DNA from: an uncultured Bacteroidaceae bacterium
GTDB lineage: Bacteria; Bacteroidota; Bacteroidia; Bacteroidales; GCA-2748055
Direction: 5' to 3'
Assembly: GCA_964479445.1 (NCBI GenBank)
Contig: CAYZMH010000005.1
Coordinates: forward strand, 7,371 to 71,370
DNA length: 64,000 bases
The notes below the pieces were generated by a model, which made no database searches, had not been told where the DNA came from, and saw only the letters and a list, made by a program, of their open reading frames with translations. Below are positions 19,052 through 27,420 of the stretch, in pieces. Positions within the stretch are counted from its first letter, which is position 1. Each line of letters opens with the position of its first letter. The position numbers and the translations under genes are program-made.

Positions 19052-20482
19052 ATGAAATCTATTCTGAAACGATTCATCCCCGGTATCCTTCTGGCAGCTC
19101 TCCTTATGCCGGCGCAGGCCCAGAGTCCGAGCACCATGTATTTCATGCCCGGGGTTCCGCAGTCCAACCGCATCAACCCGGCCATTCAGCCAGGGTGTGG
19201 CTTTTACCTGGGTTTCCCCGGCCTGGCACCATTGCGGGTGCAGGTATCCACCGGTAATTTGTCCATTGAGGACCTTGTTTTTTACAACTCTGACCTGGAT
19301 TCCCTGATCACGTTCCTTCACCCGTTGGCTGACCGGGAAGCCTTCCTGGACCAGTTGGATCCGGTCAATTATTTGGTCACCGACCTGTCTGCCTCGCTGG
19401 CTTCTTTTGGTTTCAGGGCCGGCAAGAATTTTATATCGGTGGATGTCACTGCGCGCGTGGACGGTTCCGTCTCCTATCCATCACAGATGTTTAACCTGGT
19501 GATGTATGGTCTCGGGGAGGGGCAGACTGTTTCGCTGGATGGATTGGGAACAGATCTTCAGGCGTTTGACGAGGTCTCGCTGGGATGGTCACGCAGCATC
19601 CTTCCCAACCTGGATGTAGGGGCGCGCGGTAAGGTATTATTCGGCATTGGTTCCATGACCAGTACGCGCTCGGAGCTCGAGGTTACTGCATCGGAAGAGG
19701 CCTGGAACATTCAATCGGATATGCGCTTCAATGCCTCATTCCCGTTTGCTGATATCACCTATGGCGAGGAGGGTTTTCCCGATTCAGTAGCTGTTGCAGG
19801 GGATCTTTCCGGCAATTTTGAACCGGGGAGCATACCCCGTTACGTATTTAATTTCAATAATCTCGGACTGGGATTGGATGTAGGGGTTAATTACCGGCCA
19901 TTCCCGGAACTCAGGGTCAGTGCCTCGGTGCTGGACCTGGGATATATCAGGTGGGAAGAGGGAGTTCATGAAGTGGCCCTGGAGATGGATTACGATTTTG
20001 AAGGGATCGAGGTAAATCCTTTCCAGGAGATGGGAGATCCCGCCGGGGAGATATTGGACAGTCTGCAGCAGTTCGTGGATTTTTCATCCGGGCAACCTTT
20101 CACGAGCCGGTTGAATACCAAGATCCTGGCAGGAGTGGCCTACTATCCCATCGAGAAGATCGGGTTCGGGGTGTTGTCCCGGACCGACTTCATGGGTGAG
20201 ACGGTTTCCCAGCGGTTCACCGGAAGCGCCAACCTGACTACCGGGCGGTTTATCAACCTGTCGCTCTCCTACACCTATTCCAGCTTTTATGCAAAGAACC
20301 TTGGGGCGGGCATATCGTTCAATGCAGGACCATTCAATTTATACCTGATCTCCGACAATGTACTGAACACTGTATTCTGGCCTCACCAGGCATCTACTAT
20401 GAACCTTTGGTTCGGACTCAACCTCTGTTTCGGTTACAACAGGGATAAACCGGAGTATAAGGATAAACCGCTGGTTTTATAG
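19052..20482 (+). CDS. DUF5723 family outer-membrane beta-barrel protein
   Basis: Signal peptide ending AQA-Q, the N-terminal motif STMYFMPGVPQSNRINPA, and alternating beta-strand patterns (GLGLDVGVNY, VSASVLDLGYIRW, FGLNLCFG). Confidence 0.75.
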   Translation: MKSILKRFIPGILLAALLMPAQAQSPSTMYFMPGVPQSNRINPAIQPGCGFYLGFPGLAPLRVQVSTGNLSIEDLVFYNSDLDSLITFLHPLADREAFLDQLDPVNYLVTDLSASLASFGFRAGKNFISVDVTARVDGSVSYPSQMFNLVMYGLGEGQTVSLDGLGTDLQAFDEVSLGWSRSILPNLDVGARGKVLFGIGSMTSTRSELEVTASEEAWNIQSDMRFNASFPFADITYGEEGFPDSVAVAGDLSGNFEPGSIPRYVFNFNNLGLGLDVGVNYRPFPELRVSASVLDLGYIRWEEGVHEVALEMDYDFEGIEVNPFQEMGDPAGEILDSLQQFVDFSSGQPFTSRLNTKILAGVAYYPIEKIGFGVLSRTDFMGETVSQRFTGSANLTTGRFINLSLSYTYSSFYAKNLGAGISFNAGPFNLYLISDNVLNTVFWPHQASTMNLWFGLNLCFGYNRDKPEYKDKPLVL

Positions 20483-20595
20483 TTCCCGGTGTGGTAAGAG
20501 GCGTTGTGTTTTGCGAAGACCGTGACACCCCTCGGGATTAAACGGGTGGCAACGTATTGCCCTCAGGAGAGAGTGCTGAATAGTCGGTCGTGTGG
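20483..20595. ncRNA. Candidate structured ncRNA (possibly 6S-Flavo/SsrS-like)
   Basis: 113-bp gap between convergent genes that folds into a closing stem (GACC-GU-GAC/GUCGGUC) enclosing three hairpins. The resemblance to Bacteroidota 6S-Flavo RNA is from memory only. Confidence 0.4.
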
Positions 20596-21171
20596 TTAAT
20601 GGTCCTTTACGTAGCGCTCTGCTTCGCTTAGATCTTCCGGGCGGTTTATATTCAAAAACCAGTGGTCTTTGACCTGGAGTGACAGTCTCTCCGTGGAGAG
20701 GAGGGTGGTTCCGGTATCTTCCAGCGCGTCTGTTATTTTCCGTCCACCTTTCCTATATTGTTGATCCAGATGGGTGACCAGGTCTGTGTGGTAGATTCCG
20801 CAGAGCGGCTGTACCTGTTGTCGGTGAACGGGCAGGGTTGCCGGTGAATGAAATCGTTGAAGCAATTCTTCCAGGAGGGCAGGCGGCACAAAAGGCATAT
20901 CGCAGGAGAGCACGATCGTTTGCTCGTGCCTGCAATAAGGAAAGCAGGAGATGAGTCCGCCCAGTGGTCCTTCCCCCGCTTCCCGGTCGGGGATGCGCCT
21001 GTAACCCCTGAATTCGGGCAGATCATCGCCGGCACTAATAAGGATATCCGAAGAGAGAGATTCCAGTTTATCAAGTGCAATTCCTGCCAGGGTCTTCCGG
21101 TCAAGAAGGATCGTGCGCTTGTCTGTGCCCATCCTGGAGCTCTTTCCGCCTGCGAGCAATATTGCGCTCAC
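20596..21171 (-). CDS. mobA: Molybdenum cofactor guanylyltransferase
   Basis: ILLAGGKSSRMGTDK, GPLGGL, VLSCDMPFV, QPLCGIY, FLNINRPEDL. The start is uncertain (GTG 21171; the track uses 21258). Confidence 0.88.
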   Translation of the reverse strand: MSAILLAGGKSSRMGTDKRTILLDRKTLAGIALDKLESLSSDILISAGDDLPEFRGYRRIPDREAGEGPLGGLISCFPYCRHEQTIVLSCDMPFVPPALLEELLQRFHSPATLPVHRQQVQPLCGIYHTDLVTHLDQQYRKGGRKITDALEDTGTTLLSTERLSLQVKDHWFLNINRPEDLSEAERYVKDH

Positions 21172-21193
21172 GGACCCGGTATGGGTGAGTTTT

Positions 21194-21946
21194 TCAGGAA
21201 TGGGGTTTGATTTGTTGAGCCAGGTTGGTGGCAAATACGAAATTATTAAGTGCTTCATTCTTTGTATGAAGAATTTCGTTCTTGTTGCCCTCCCAGCATT
21301 TACATCCCTTGTAGATATAGACCACGTTGTCGCCGATCTCCAGTACGGAGTTCATGTCGTGGGTATTTACCACGGTGGTGATGTCGAACTCCTCGGTGAT
21401 CTCCTTGATGAGTCCGTCGATCACGATACCGGTCTCGGGATCCAGTCCGGAGTTTGGTTCATCGCAGAAGAGGTACCTGGGAAAGAGGGCAATGGCACGG
21501 GCAATGGCGGCCCTTTTTTTCATTCCACCGCTGAGCTCGGAAGGAAGAAGGTGGTTGACATTTTTCAGTCGGACTCTTTGCAGGCAGAAGTTTACCCGGT
21601 TTTCCTTCTCCTGCCAGCTCATTTTGGTGAACATATTTAGCGGAAACATGATATTTTCCTCGATGGTAAGCGAATCAAAGAGGGCCCCGCCCTGGAAGAG
21701 CATGCCCATCTCTTTGCGGATGGCCATTCGCTCTTTTGTGGTCATGCGGGTAAAGTTCCGGTTGTCGTACCAGATCTCCCCGCTGTCTGTTTCCAGCAGT
21801 CCCACGATAGACTTAAGCAGTACGGTTTTACCCGATCCGCTTCGGCCGATGATCAGGTTGCATTTCCCCTTTTCCAGGGTTACCGATACATCGTTCAGTA
21901 CGTATTCGTTCTCAAATTTTTTATATACGTTGTTTACCCTGATCAT
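21194..21946 (-). CDS. mlaF: ABC ATP-binding protein, MlaF/Mkl family
   Basis: MIRVNNVYKKF start overlaps the mlaE stop (ATGA); GRSGSGKT, FQGGALFDSLT, LSGGMKKRAAIARA, FCDEPNSGLDP. Confidence 0.9.
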   Translation of the reverse strand: MIRVNNVYKKFENEYVLNDVSVTLEKGKCNLIIGRSGSGKTVLLKSIVGLLETDSGEIWYDNRNFTRMTTKERMAIRKEMGMLFQGGALFDSLTIEENIMFPLNMFTKMSWQEKENRVNFCLQRVRLKNVNHLLPSELSGGMKKRAAIARAIALFPRYLFCDEPNSGLDPETGIVIDGLIKEITEEFDITTVVNTHDMNSVLEIGDNVVYIYKGCKCWEGNKNEILHTKNEALNNFVFATNLAQQIKPHS

Positions 21947-22686
21947 TGCAATAACAGGTTTGTGAGTACGAGATTGGCGAGAAGAATCAGGATGCTGCTC
22001 TGGACCACAGCGCGCGTGCTGGCTTTTCCCACCTCTATGGCTCCACCTTCCACGAAATATCCGTGGAACGAAGAGACTGTGGTGATAATAAATGCGTAGA
22101 ATGCTGTTTTGGTGAGGGCGTACCATACGTAATGGGGATAGAAGACATACTGGATGCCGTATATATAATCGTTTGGGGGGATCACATCTCCCACTACGCA
22201 GGAGAGATATCCCCCCAGTAATCCCACAAAGATGCTCAGCAGGCAAAGAATGGGAAAGAAGAAGACGGTGGCGATCACTTTAGGTAGGATCAGGAAGCCG
22301 GCCGAATTGATCCCCATCACATCCAGGGCATCGATCTGTTCGGTGATCCGCATCATACCGATTTCGGAAGCGATGCTCGAACCGGCTTTACCGGCAAGGA
22401 TCAGGGCCACCATGGTGGATGAAAATTCAAGGAGCAGGGAATCCCGCACCGTCACACCGATCAGGTACCGGGGCAGCCATGGATTTTCAATGTTGTAATT
22501 GGTCTGGATCGTAATGACAGCCCCTACGAAGAGGGAGATGATCACAACAATGCCAGATGAGTTGATACCCAGTTTGTCTATCTCACGGATGGTTTGCCGG
22601 TAATAGATCAATCTCCGTTCTGGTCGTGCAAATACCCGGCCTATCAGTTTAATATATCGGCCTATGTTATAAAGGGCCCGGATCAT
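21943..22686 (-). CDS. mlaE: ABC permease, MlaE family
   Basis: LEFSSTMVALILAGKAGSSIASEIGMMRITEQIDALDVMGI, VGKASTRAVV. The start is probably ATG 22686, after the -7 box at 22693-22700. Confidence 0.92.
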   Translation of the reverse strand: MIRALYNIGRYIKLIGRVFARPERRLIYYRQTIREIDKLGINSSGIVVIISLFVGAVITIQTNYNIENPWLPRYLIGVTVRDSLLLEFSSTMVALILAGKAGSSIASEIGMMRITEQIDALDVMGINSAGFLILPKVIATVFFFPILCLLSIFVGLLGGYLSCVVGDVIPPNDYIYGIQYVFYPHYVWYALTKTAFYAFIITTVSSFHGYFVEGGAIEVGKASTRAVVQSSILILLANLVLTNLLLQ

Positions 22687-22793
22687 GGGTTTCAAATTTA
22701 CGAATTATTAAAGCCCTGCCCTATAAAACAAACGAATTGATGAACTTGTTACGGGAATAACTTGTATTTTTGATAGAGAAAATCTTTCCCTGT

Positions 22794-23888
22794 ATGGAAA
22801 ATAACAATTTTTGTGTCATAATGGCCGGTGGAGTGGGAAGTCGCTTCTGGCCCCTGAGTCGTTCGAATCATCCCAAGCAATTCATTGATATACTTGGAGT
22901 AGGAAAAACCTTGATACAGCTTACCTATGAGCGCTTCACCAGGATCATGCCGGAGGAGAATATCTACATTGTCAGCAACCAGGAGTACGAGGGTCTTATC
23001 AGGGAACAACTACCTGGGTTGCCGAAAGAGAATATCCTGTTGGAGCCCATGCGAAGAAATACGGCGCCCTGTATCGATTATGCCAATTACCGCATTGCTC
23101 AGCGCAATCCCAACGCCAACATCGTAGTTGCCCCATCGGATCATCTGATCGTGAGGGAGGAGGCTTTTTTGGAAAATGTACGGGAGGGATTGTCTTTTGT
23201 GGCAGCTAATGATGCCCTGCTGACCCTGGGTATCATGCCCAGCCGGCCGGAGACCGGGTATGGGTATATCCAGGCGGTTACACGTCCGGTTAAAGGATAC
23301 GAAAAGCTGAATCTTCGCAAGGTGAAGACGTTTACAGAGAAGCCTGACCTGGAGATGGCCCGTATCTTTTTTGAAAGCGGGGAGTTTTACTGGAATTCAG
23401 GGATTTTCTTCTGGTCATTGTCTGCCATCATGAAATCATTTAATGAGCATCTCCCCGAGGTGCATGCTCTCTTTGCAGAGGGAGTGGGGGTGTATGGCAC
23501 AGAGAAGGAGGCGGAATTCATCAACCGGACCTACGAAGGCTGTCGAAACATAAGCATTGATTTCGGGATCATGGAGAAGGCCGAGAATGTATTCGTTTTG
23601 GTATCGGACTTCGGGTGGTCCGACCTTGGAACCTGGGGTTCATTATATGAGCAGTCGGCTAAGGATAAGCAAAAGAATGCCGTTAACGGGAAGCAGGTTT
23701 TTCTTTACAACACTTCCGGCAGTGTGATCAATGTGCCCGATGACAAGCTGGTGGTTTTGCACGGACTGGAAGATTTTATTGTGGTTGAATCGGATGGAGT
23801 GCTGCTTGTATGCAAGAAGGAAGAAGAGCAACGCATTAAACAGTTTGTTCACGATATCCAGGCAGAGTTGGGAGATGAACACATATAA
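22794..23888 (+). CDS. manC: Mannose-1-phosphate guanylyltransferase
   Basis: VIMAGGVGSRFWPLSR..PKQF, EPMRRNTAP, PETGYGYI, FTEKP, SIDFGIMEK, WSDLGTW. Confidence 0.93.
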   Translation: MENNNFCVIMAGGVGSRFWPLSRSNHPKQFIDILGVGKTLIQLTYERFTRIMPEENIYIVSNQEYEGLIREQLPGLPKENILLEPMRRNTAPCIDYANYRIAQRNPNANIVVAPSDHLIVREEAFLENVREGLSFVAANDALLTLGIMPSRPETGYGYIQAVTRPVKGYEKLNLRKVKTFTEKPDLEMARIFFESGEFYWNSGIFFWSLSAIMKSFNEHLPEVHALFAEGVGVYGTEKEAEFINRTYEGCRNISIDFGIMEKAENVFVLVSDFGWSDLGTWGSLYEQSAKDKQKNAVNGKQVFLYNTSGSVINVPDDKLVVLHGLEDFIVVESDGVLLVCKKEEEQRIKQFVHDIQAELGDEHI

Positions 23889-23920
23889 AAAAACCGCCTC
23901 ATAGAACCCATGAAGCGGTT
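23886..23920 (-). terminator. Intrinsic terminator of the gldKLMN operon
   Basis: Minus strand AACCGCTTCAT-GGGTTCT-ATGAGGCGGTT followed by a T-tract. Confidence 0.8.
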
Positions 23921-23945
23921 GAAAAGTATTTGAATTAGTTTCACA

Positions 23946-24845
23946 CTAGTATTCCCATAGGTCGTGTTCCATACGGAACAACTCTTGTTTAATCTCTCTG
24001 GCTTCCATGAGTGCATCCTGACCTGTCAGGTAATCAAGGATAAACCGGTTTCCGTGAACGTTGGATTCAGCGGCAATGACGCTGGAGAACCTACGCTGGA
24101 AAAAGAGATCATCGAATGAAATTCGCTGGGCATCGTTTTTGGGGTTAAACACCGGATGGGTGGCAAAAATTCTTCGGCACTGCGGATAAGAGACAAAGAA
24201 CGGAATGATCTTTTCAATTTCGGGCAGGACCTGTCCATCCTGGGTGGTTTTGTTCTGAACGATCACCGGGGCGAGGGCCACGATACGGACCTTCATTTCG
24301 GAGTGTTGCTTGTCGAAGAACCACTTTTCTTTTACATATACCTGCTTGATATACGGTCCACGAACATCGATACGAAGCACTTCCCCGTTATCTCCAAATA
24401 TGGTGTCGGCACCGATCGTCTGGTAGATCTGCTTCAACGTGGTGGGCTGGGAGAAAGGATTATTGAAGTTGTCCTTGAATGCATAGGGAGTGAGTTCCTC
24501 GGAGCGGATCCCTTCCATTAACAGCAGGTACAGGCTGTAGCGATTACCGATCGGTTCAATCTCCGGGTAACGGAGGGGGTAGTTCATTCGTTCGCGGAGA
24601 TCGATAATTCTCCACAGGTCTTTGGCCCACATCACATCGGCTTCCCGTATATGTGCATAGGGGACCGGTTTTTTCTCCGGTATGATATTTTCCCGTTCGT
24701 AAATGTCGGGGGGTACTTCCGCATTTTGCTGCTGGGCGGGAGCTCCGCCCGGTGACATGGTCGTATTGACCGGTTGCTGTGCAAATACAGCGGTTGAAAG
24801 GCCTGCACACATGATTAAAGTGAATAAATACCTCATTGCCTTCAT
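23946..24845 (-). CDS. gldN: T9SS/gliding motility protein GldN (PorN)
   Basis: PYAHIREADVMWAKDLWRIIDLRERMNYPL, KEKWFFDKQHS, SFDDLFFQRRFSS, EHDLWEY. Confidence 0.95.
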   Translation of the reverse strand: MKAMRYLFTLIMCAGLSTAVFAQQPVNTTMSPGGAPAQQQNAEVPPDIYERENIIPEKKPVPYAHIREADVMWAKDLWRIIDLRERMNYPLRYPEIEPIGNRYSLYLLLMEGIRSEELTPYAFKDNFNNPFSQPTTLKQIYQTIGADTIFGDNGEVLRIDVRGPYIKQVYVKEKWFFDKQHSEMKVRIVALAPVIVQNKTTQDGQVLPEIEKIIPFFVSYPQCRRIFATHPVFNPKNDAQRISFDDLFFQRRFSSVIAAESNVHGNRFILDYLTGQDALMEAREIKQELFRMEHDLWEY

Positions 24846-24847
24846 GT

Positions 24848-26419
24848 TTATCGGATTTTAATCGTAATATTATTCAGATCTCGTTTGACACCATCTGGTC
24901 CGATGGCTTTAATATCTTCAATGTATACTCGTTGTCCTGTTCGCATACCCCGGAATATCTCCTTCTGGGCAGCAGTGATCTTGTTGCTCTCGGATGCCTC
25001 GATACGGCTGATCCCTCCTGTCCCCATCACGTTCACCTTAAATTCGGTAACGGTGAAATCCACTTCGAAGAGAAAATCTTCTGCTTCTGCCTCCACGGTC
25101 TGCAGCCGGGTAAGTTGTCCGAGCGACAGGATCCCCTGTCCGCCAGGCAATCCTTCCACGGTAGCGGTTGGCGTGGGAAGGTTCAGTACCCGGAAATCCA
25201 TCTCTCCCATGAAACGTTGGCTACCCTCCACGTTGGCATATACACTGATGGTACTCTCTGTTTCACGGGGTCCGGGCCGAACCAGGTAGCTTCCGTCCCT
25301 CACTTTTTTCATGGTACCGGACGATATCCTGGGATCAAGGTTTTCTTCACCGACCCCTGATGCTGATACAGAAACCGGGTTGTCCACCCCCCGGTAAAAG
25401 ACGTTCATTTTCGTTGGAGATACTACTGCACTGGCCTGGGCGACGGTATAGGAAGCGGTAAACTGACGCTCGATCATCTGGCCGTCGTTGTCCAGCCTGA
25501 TGGTTCCACCCCAGCTTCTCTCGCCAGTTGTGTTGGAAGTGCTGGTAAAGACCCCTTTTCCGCCTTCAACAGGCAGTGTAGTTCCGTTATCCAGAATTAC
25601 ATCGGGGGTGTTGGTGGAGTCGTAGGCAGCGAGGAAGACCTCCGCCCGGTACTCCTGTCCTTTAAACACATAGTTGGAGTTGGGCATTACCACGGGCTCC
25701 AGCACGTTGACCTTAAAGTCTTTGGCATCCACCTGGTTCAACAGGTAGTTGATCATTTCTGACTCCACATTCCGCAGGTCGGCCTGCATACCGGAGAGTA
25801 TGGTGATCACGGAAGCCAGGGGAAGGTGTTCGAAATTGTGGCTCTCCCAGGGTTCCGGCGGCTCGCCTGCTTTTTCAGCCGGATGGTCGTGAGTATCCAG
25901 GTTCCCTTCGATCGCGCTGATCAGCAGGTCATACTGGCCATTGCTATTGTCGATCATATCGATCACATATTCCCGGTATGCTATGATCCGTTCTTTCAGT
26001 TCTGTTCCCTTTTTGTTCACGATCATGATCTCGGCCGGTGTATCGGTATTATCCTTAATCTCGACCAGTTTCAGGTCTACTTTACCATCAACCACTGCTT
26101 CGGGTTCTTTCACGCTTACGATTTCCACCTTGCATTCGTTCATGAAATCGAACAGTTCGTCGGAACGTTTTTTAACCTCTTCCGCCTTATTTTTCCAGTC
26201 TCCCACCTTTTCCGGGTTCTGTTGATAGGCAATCTGGAACCTGCTGTACAGTCCTTCGTTCTTAGCCGCGAAACTTTCAGTAGTCTGCACCAACCCTTCA
26301 TCTACATTGACAAAAGCGTCCAGCACCTCTTTGGATACATTGAGTGCCAGCATAGCTGTCAGCACCAAATACATCATGCCGATCATCTTTTGTCTGGGGG
26401 TTTCTTTTCCGTGTCCCAT
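24848..26419 (-). CDS. gldM: T9SS/gliding motor protein GldM (PorM)
   Basis: KETPRQKMIGMMYLVLTAMLALNVSKEVLDAF, PTKMNVFYRGVDNPVSVS. Confidence 0.96.
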   Translation of the reverse strand: MGHGKETPRQKMIGMMYLVLTAMLALNVSKEVLDAFVNVDEGLVQTTESFAAKNEGLYSRFQIAYQQNPEKVGDWKNKAEEVKKRSDELFDFMNECKVEIVSVKEPEAVVDGKVDLKLVEIKDNTDTPAEIMIVNKKGTELKERIIAYREYVIDMIDNSNGQYDLLISAIEGNLDTHDHPAEKAGEPPEPWESHNFEHLPLASVITILSGMQADLRNVESEMINYLLNQVDAKDFKVNVLEPVVMPNSNYVFKGQEYRAEVFLAAYDSTNTPDVILDNGTTLPVEGGKGVFTSTSNTTGERSWGGTIRLDNDGQMIERQFTASYTVAQASAVVSPTKMNVFYRGVDNPVSVSASGVGEENLDPRISSGTMKKVRDGSYLVRPGPRETESTISVYANVEGSQRFMGEMDFRVLNLPTPTATVEGLPGGQGILSLGQLTRLQTVEAEAEDFLFEVDFTVTEFKVNVMGTGGISRIEASESNKITAAQKEIFRGMRTGQRVYIEDIKAIGPDGVKRDLNNITIKIR

Positions 26420-26441
26420 AGAAATGGTGTATTAGTTGATG

Positions 26442-27404
26442 CTATTTTTTCCGCATGCTCATGGCGGAGAGCATATTACCATAAATGTTATTCAGTTCTG
26501 AAAGGCTGTCACTGAGCTTGGTGATCTCGTCTTTATATTTTTTGGTCTCATCCACTGAAACCTTCAGACTCTCTACCATGTCATCCAGTCCTTTATAGAC
26601 ATTGGAAGTACCCTGCAGGTGTTGCTTGCTGCCCTGTACCTGCTGGGTGTAGGTGTTGTTCAGTTCGGCAAGGTTCTTGCTCAGCTGTTCCAGCTGGGAC
26701 TGGAATTTTTTCTGGTTCTCCGAGATCTGGCTGTGCTCCTGTTGCACATCGCCTGACATCGCCTCATAGGCAGCAGTGAGGTTGGCACTGGAAGTTGCAA
26801 ATTTCTCGGCGATATCGGTCCCTTTTTGCTGGATCATTTCGGCAGTCTGCTTGTAAGCACCCGCCAGGGTCCCGACCGATTCATTCAGCTCGCTTGTATT
26901 CTCACTGTAGGCTGAAGCCACATTATCCATATTCTGGGCAGCATTTCCCATCTTATCAAAATAGTCTTTGGTAGCCAGGGAGGACTGTGTGATATCTGAT
27001 ATGGTGGCGGTGGTGGAGGCGATGGTTCCCAGGCTATCCCCCAGTTTTTTCAGGTCACCTTCGTTGATCTGGGATTCCTGGAAGATATCGTCGAACTTTT
27101 GCAGGCCTACGTTGCGATCGGCAATGGATTGCTCTTTCATTTCGTCGATCTCATCCGGATCGCTCATCCCGGCCAGTTCCGGGTAGACCAGGGTCCAGTC
27201 CAGCTCTTCATGTAAGGGTTCAAATGCCGAGAAGAAAAAGATAACTGCCTCGGTGAGAAGACCCAGGGTAAGGAATGTTCCGGCAAGGGGCCAGTGCTGA
27301 ATTTTAAACAACGCACCCACGATTACGATGGATGCACCGAACCCGTATAACTTGGCGGTAAAACTCTTCCAGCCCGAACTTTGAACTATTTCTGTAATTC
27401 CCAT
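26442..27404 (-). CDS. gldL: T9SS/gliding motor protein GldL (PorL)
   Basis: KLYGFGASIVIVGALFKIQHW, TEAVIFFFSAFEP, WTLVYPEL, LNNIYGNMLSAM. Confidence 0.96.
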   Translation of the reverse strand: MGITEIVQSSGWKSFTAKLYGFGASIVIVGALFKIQHWPLAGTFLTLGLLTEAVIFFFSAFEPLHEELDWTLVYPELAGMSDPDEIDEMKEQSIADRNVGLQKFDDIFQESQINEGDLKKLGDSLGTIASTTATISDITQSSLATKDYFDKMGNAAQNMDNVASAYSENTSELNESVGTLAGAYKQTAEMIQQKGTDIAEKFATSSANLTAAYEAMSGDVQQEHSQISENQKKFQSQLEQLSKNLAELNNTYTQQVQGSKQHLQGTSNVYKGLDDMVESLKVSVDETKKYKDEITKLSDSLSELNNIYGNMLSAMSMRKK

Positions 27405-27420
27405 AATACAGTCTTTGGTG

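Noticed and set aside
20483-20595. tRNA, tRNA-Sec, or Moco/glycine/SAM riboswitch interpretation
   Set aside because: No TTC T-loop, canonical D-loop or CCA end; riboswitch core motifs are not in the right order; and the element lies 3' of both flanking genes rather than in a leader.
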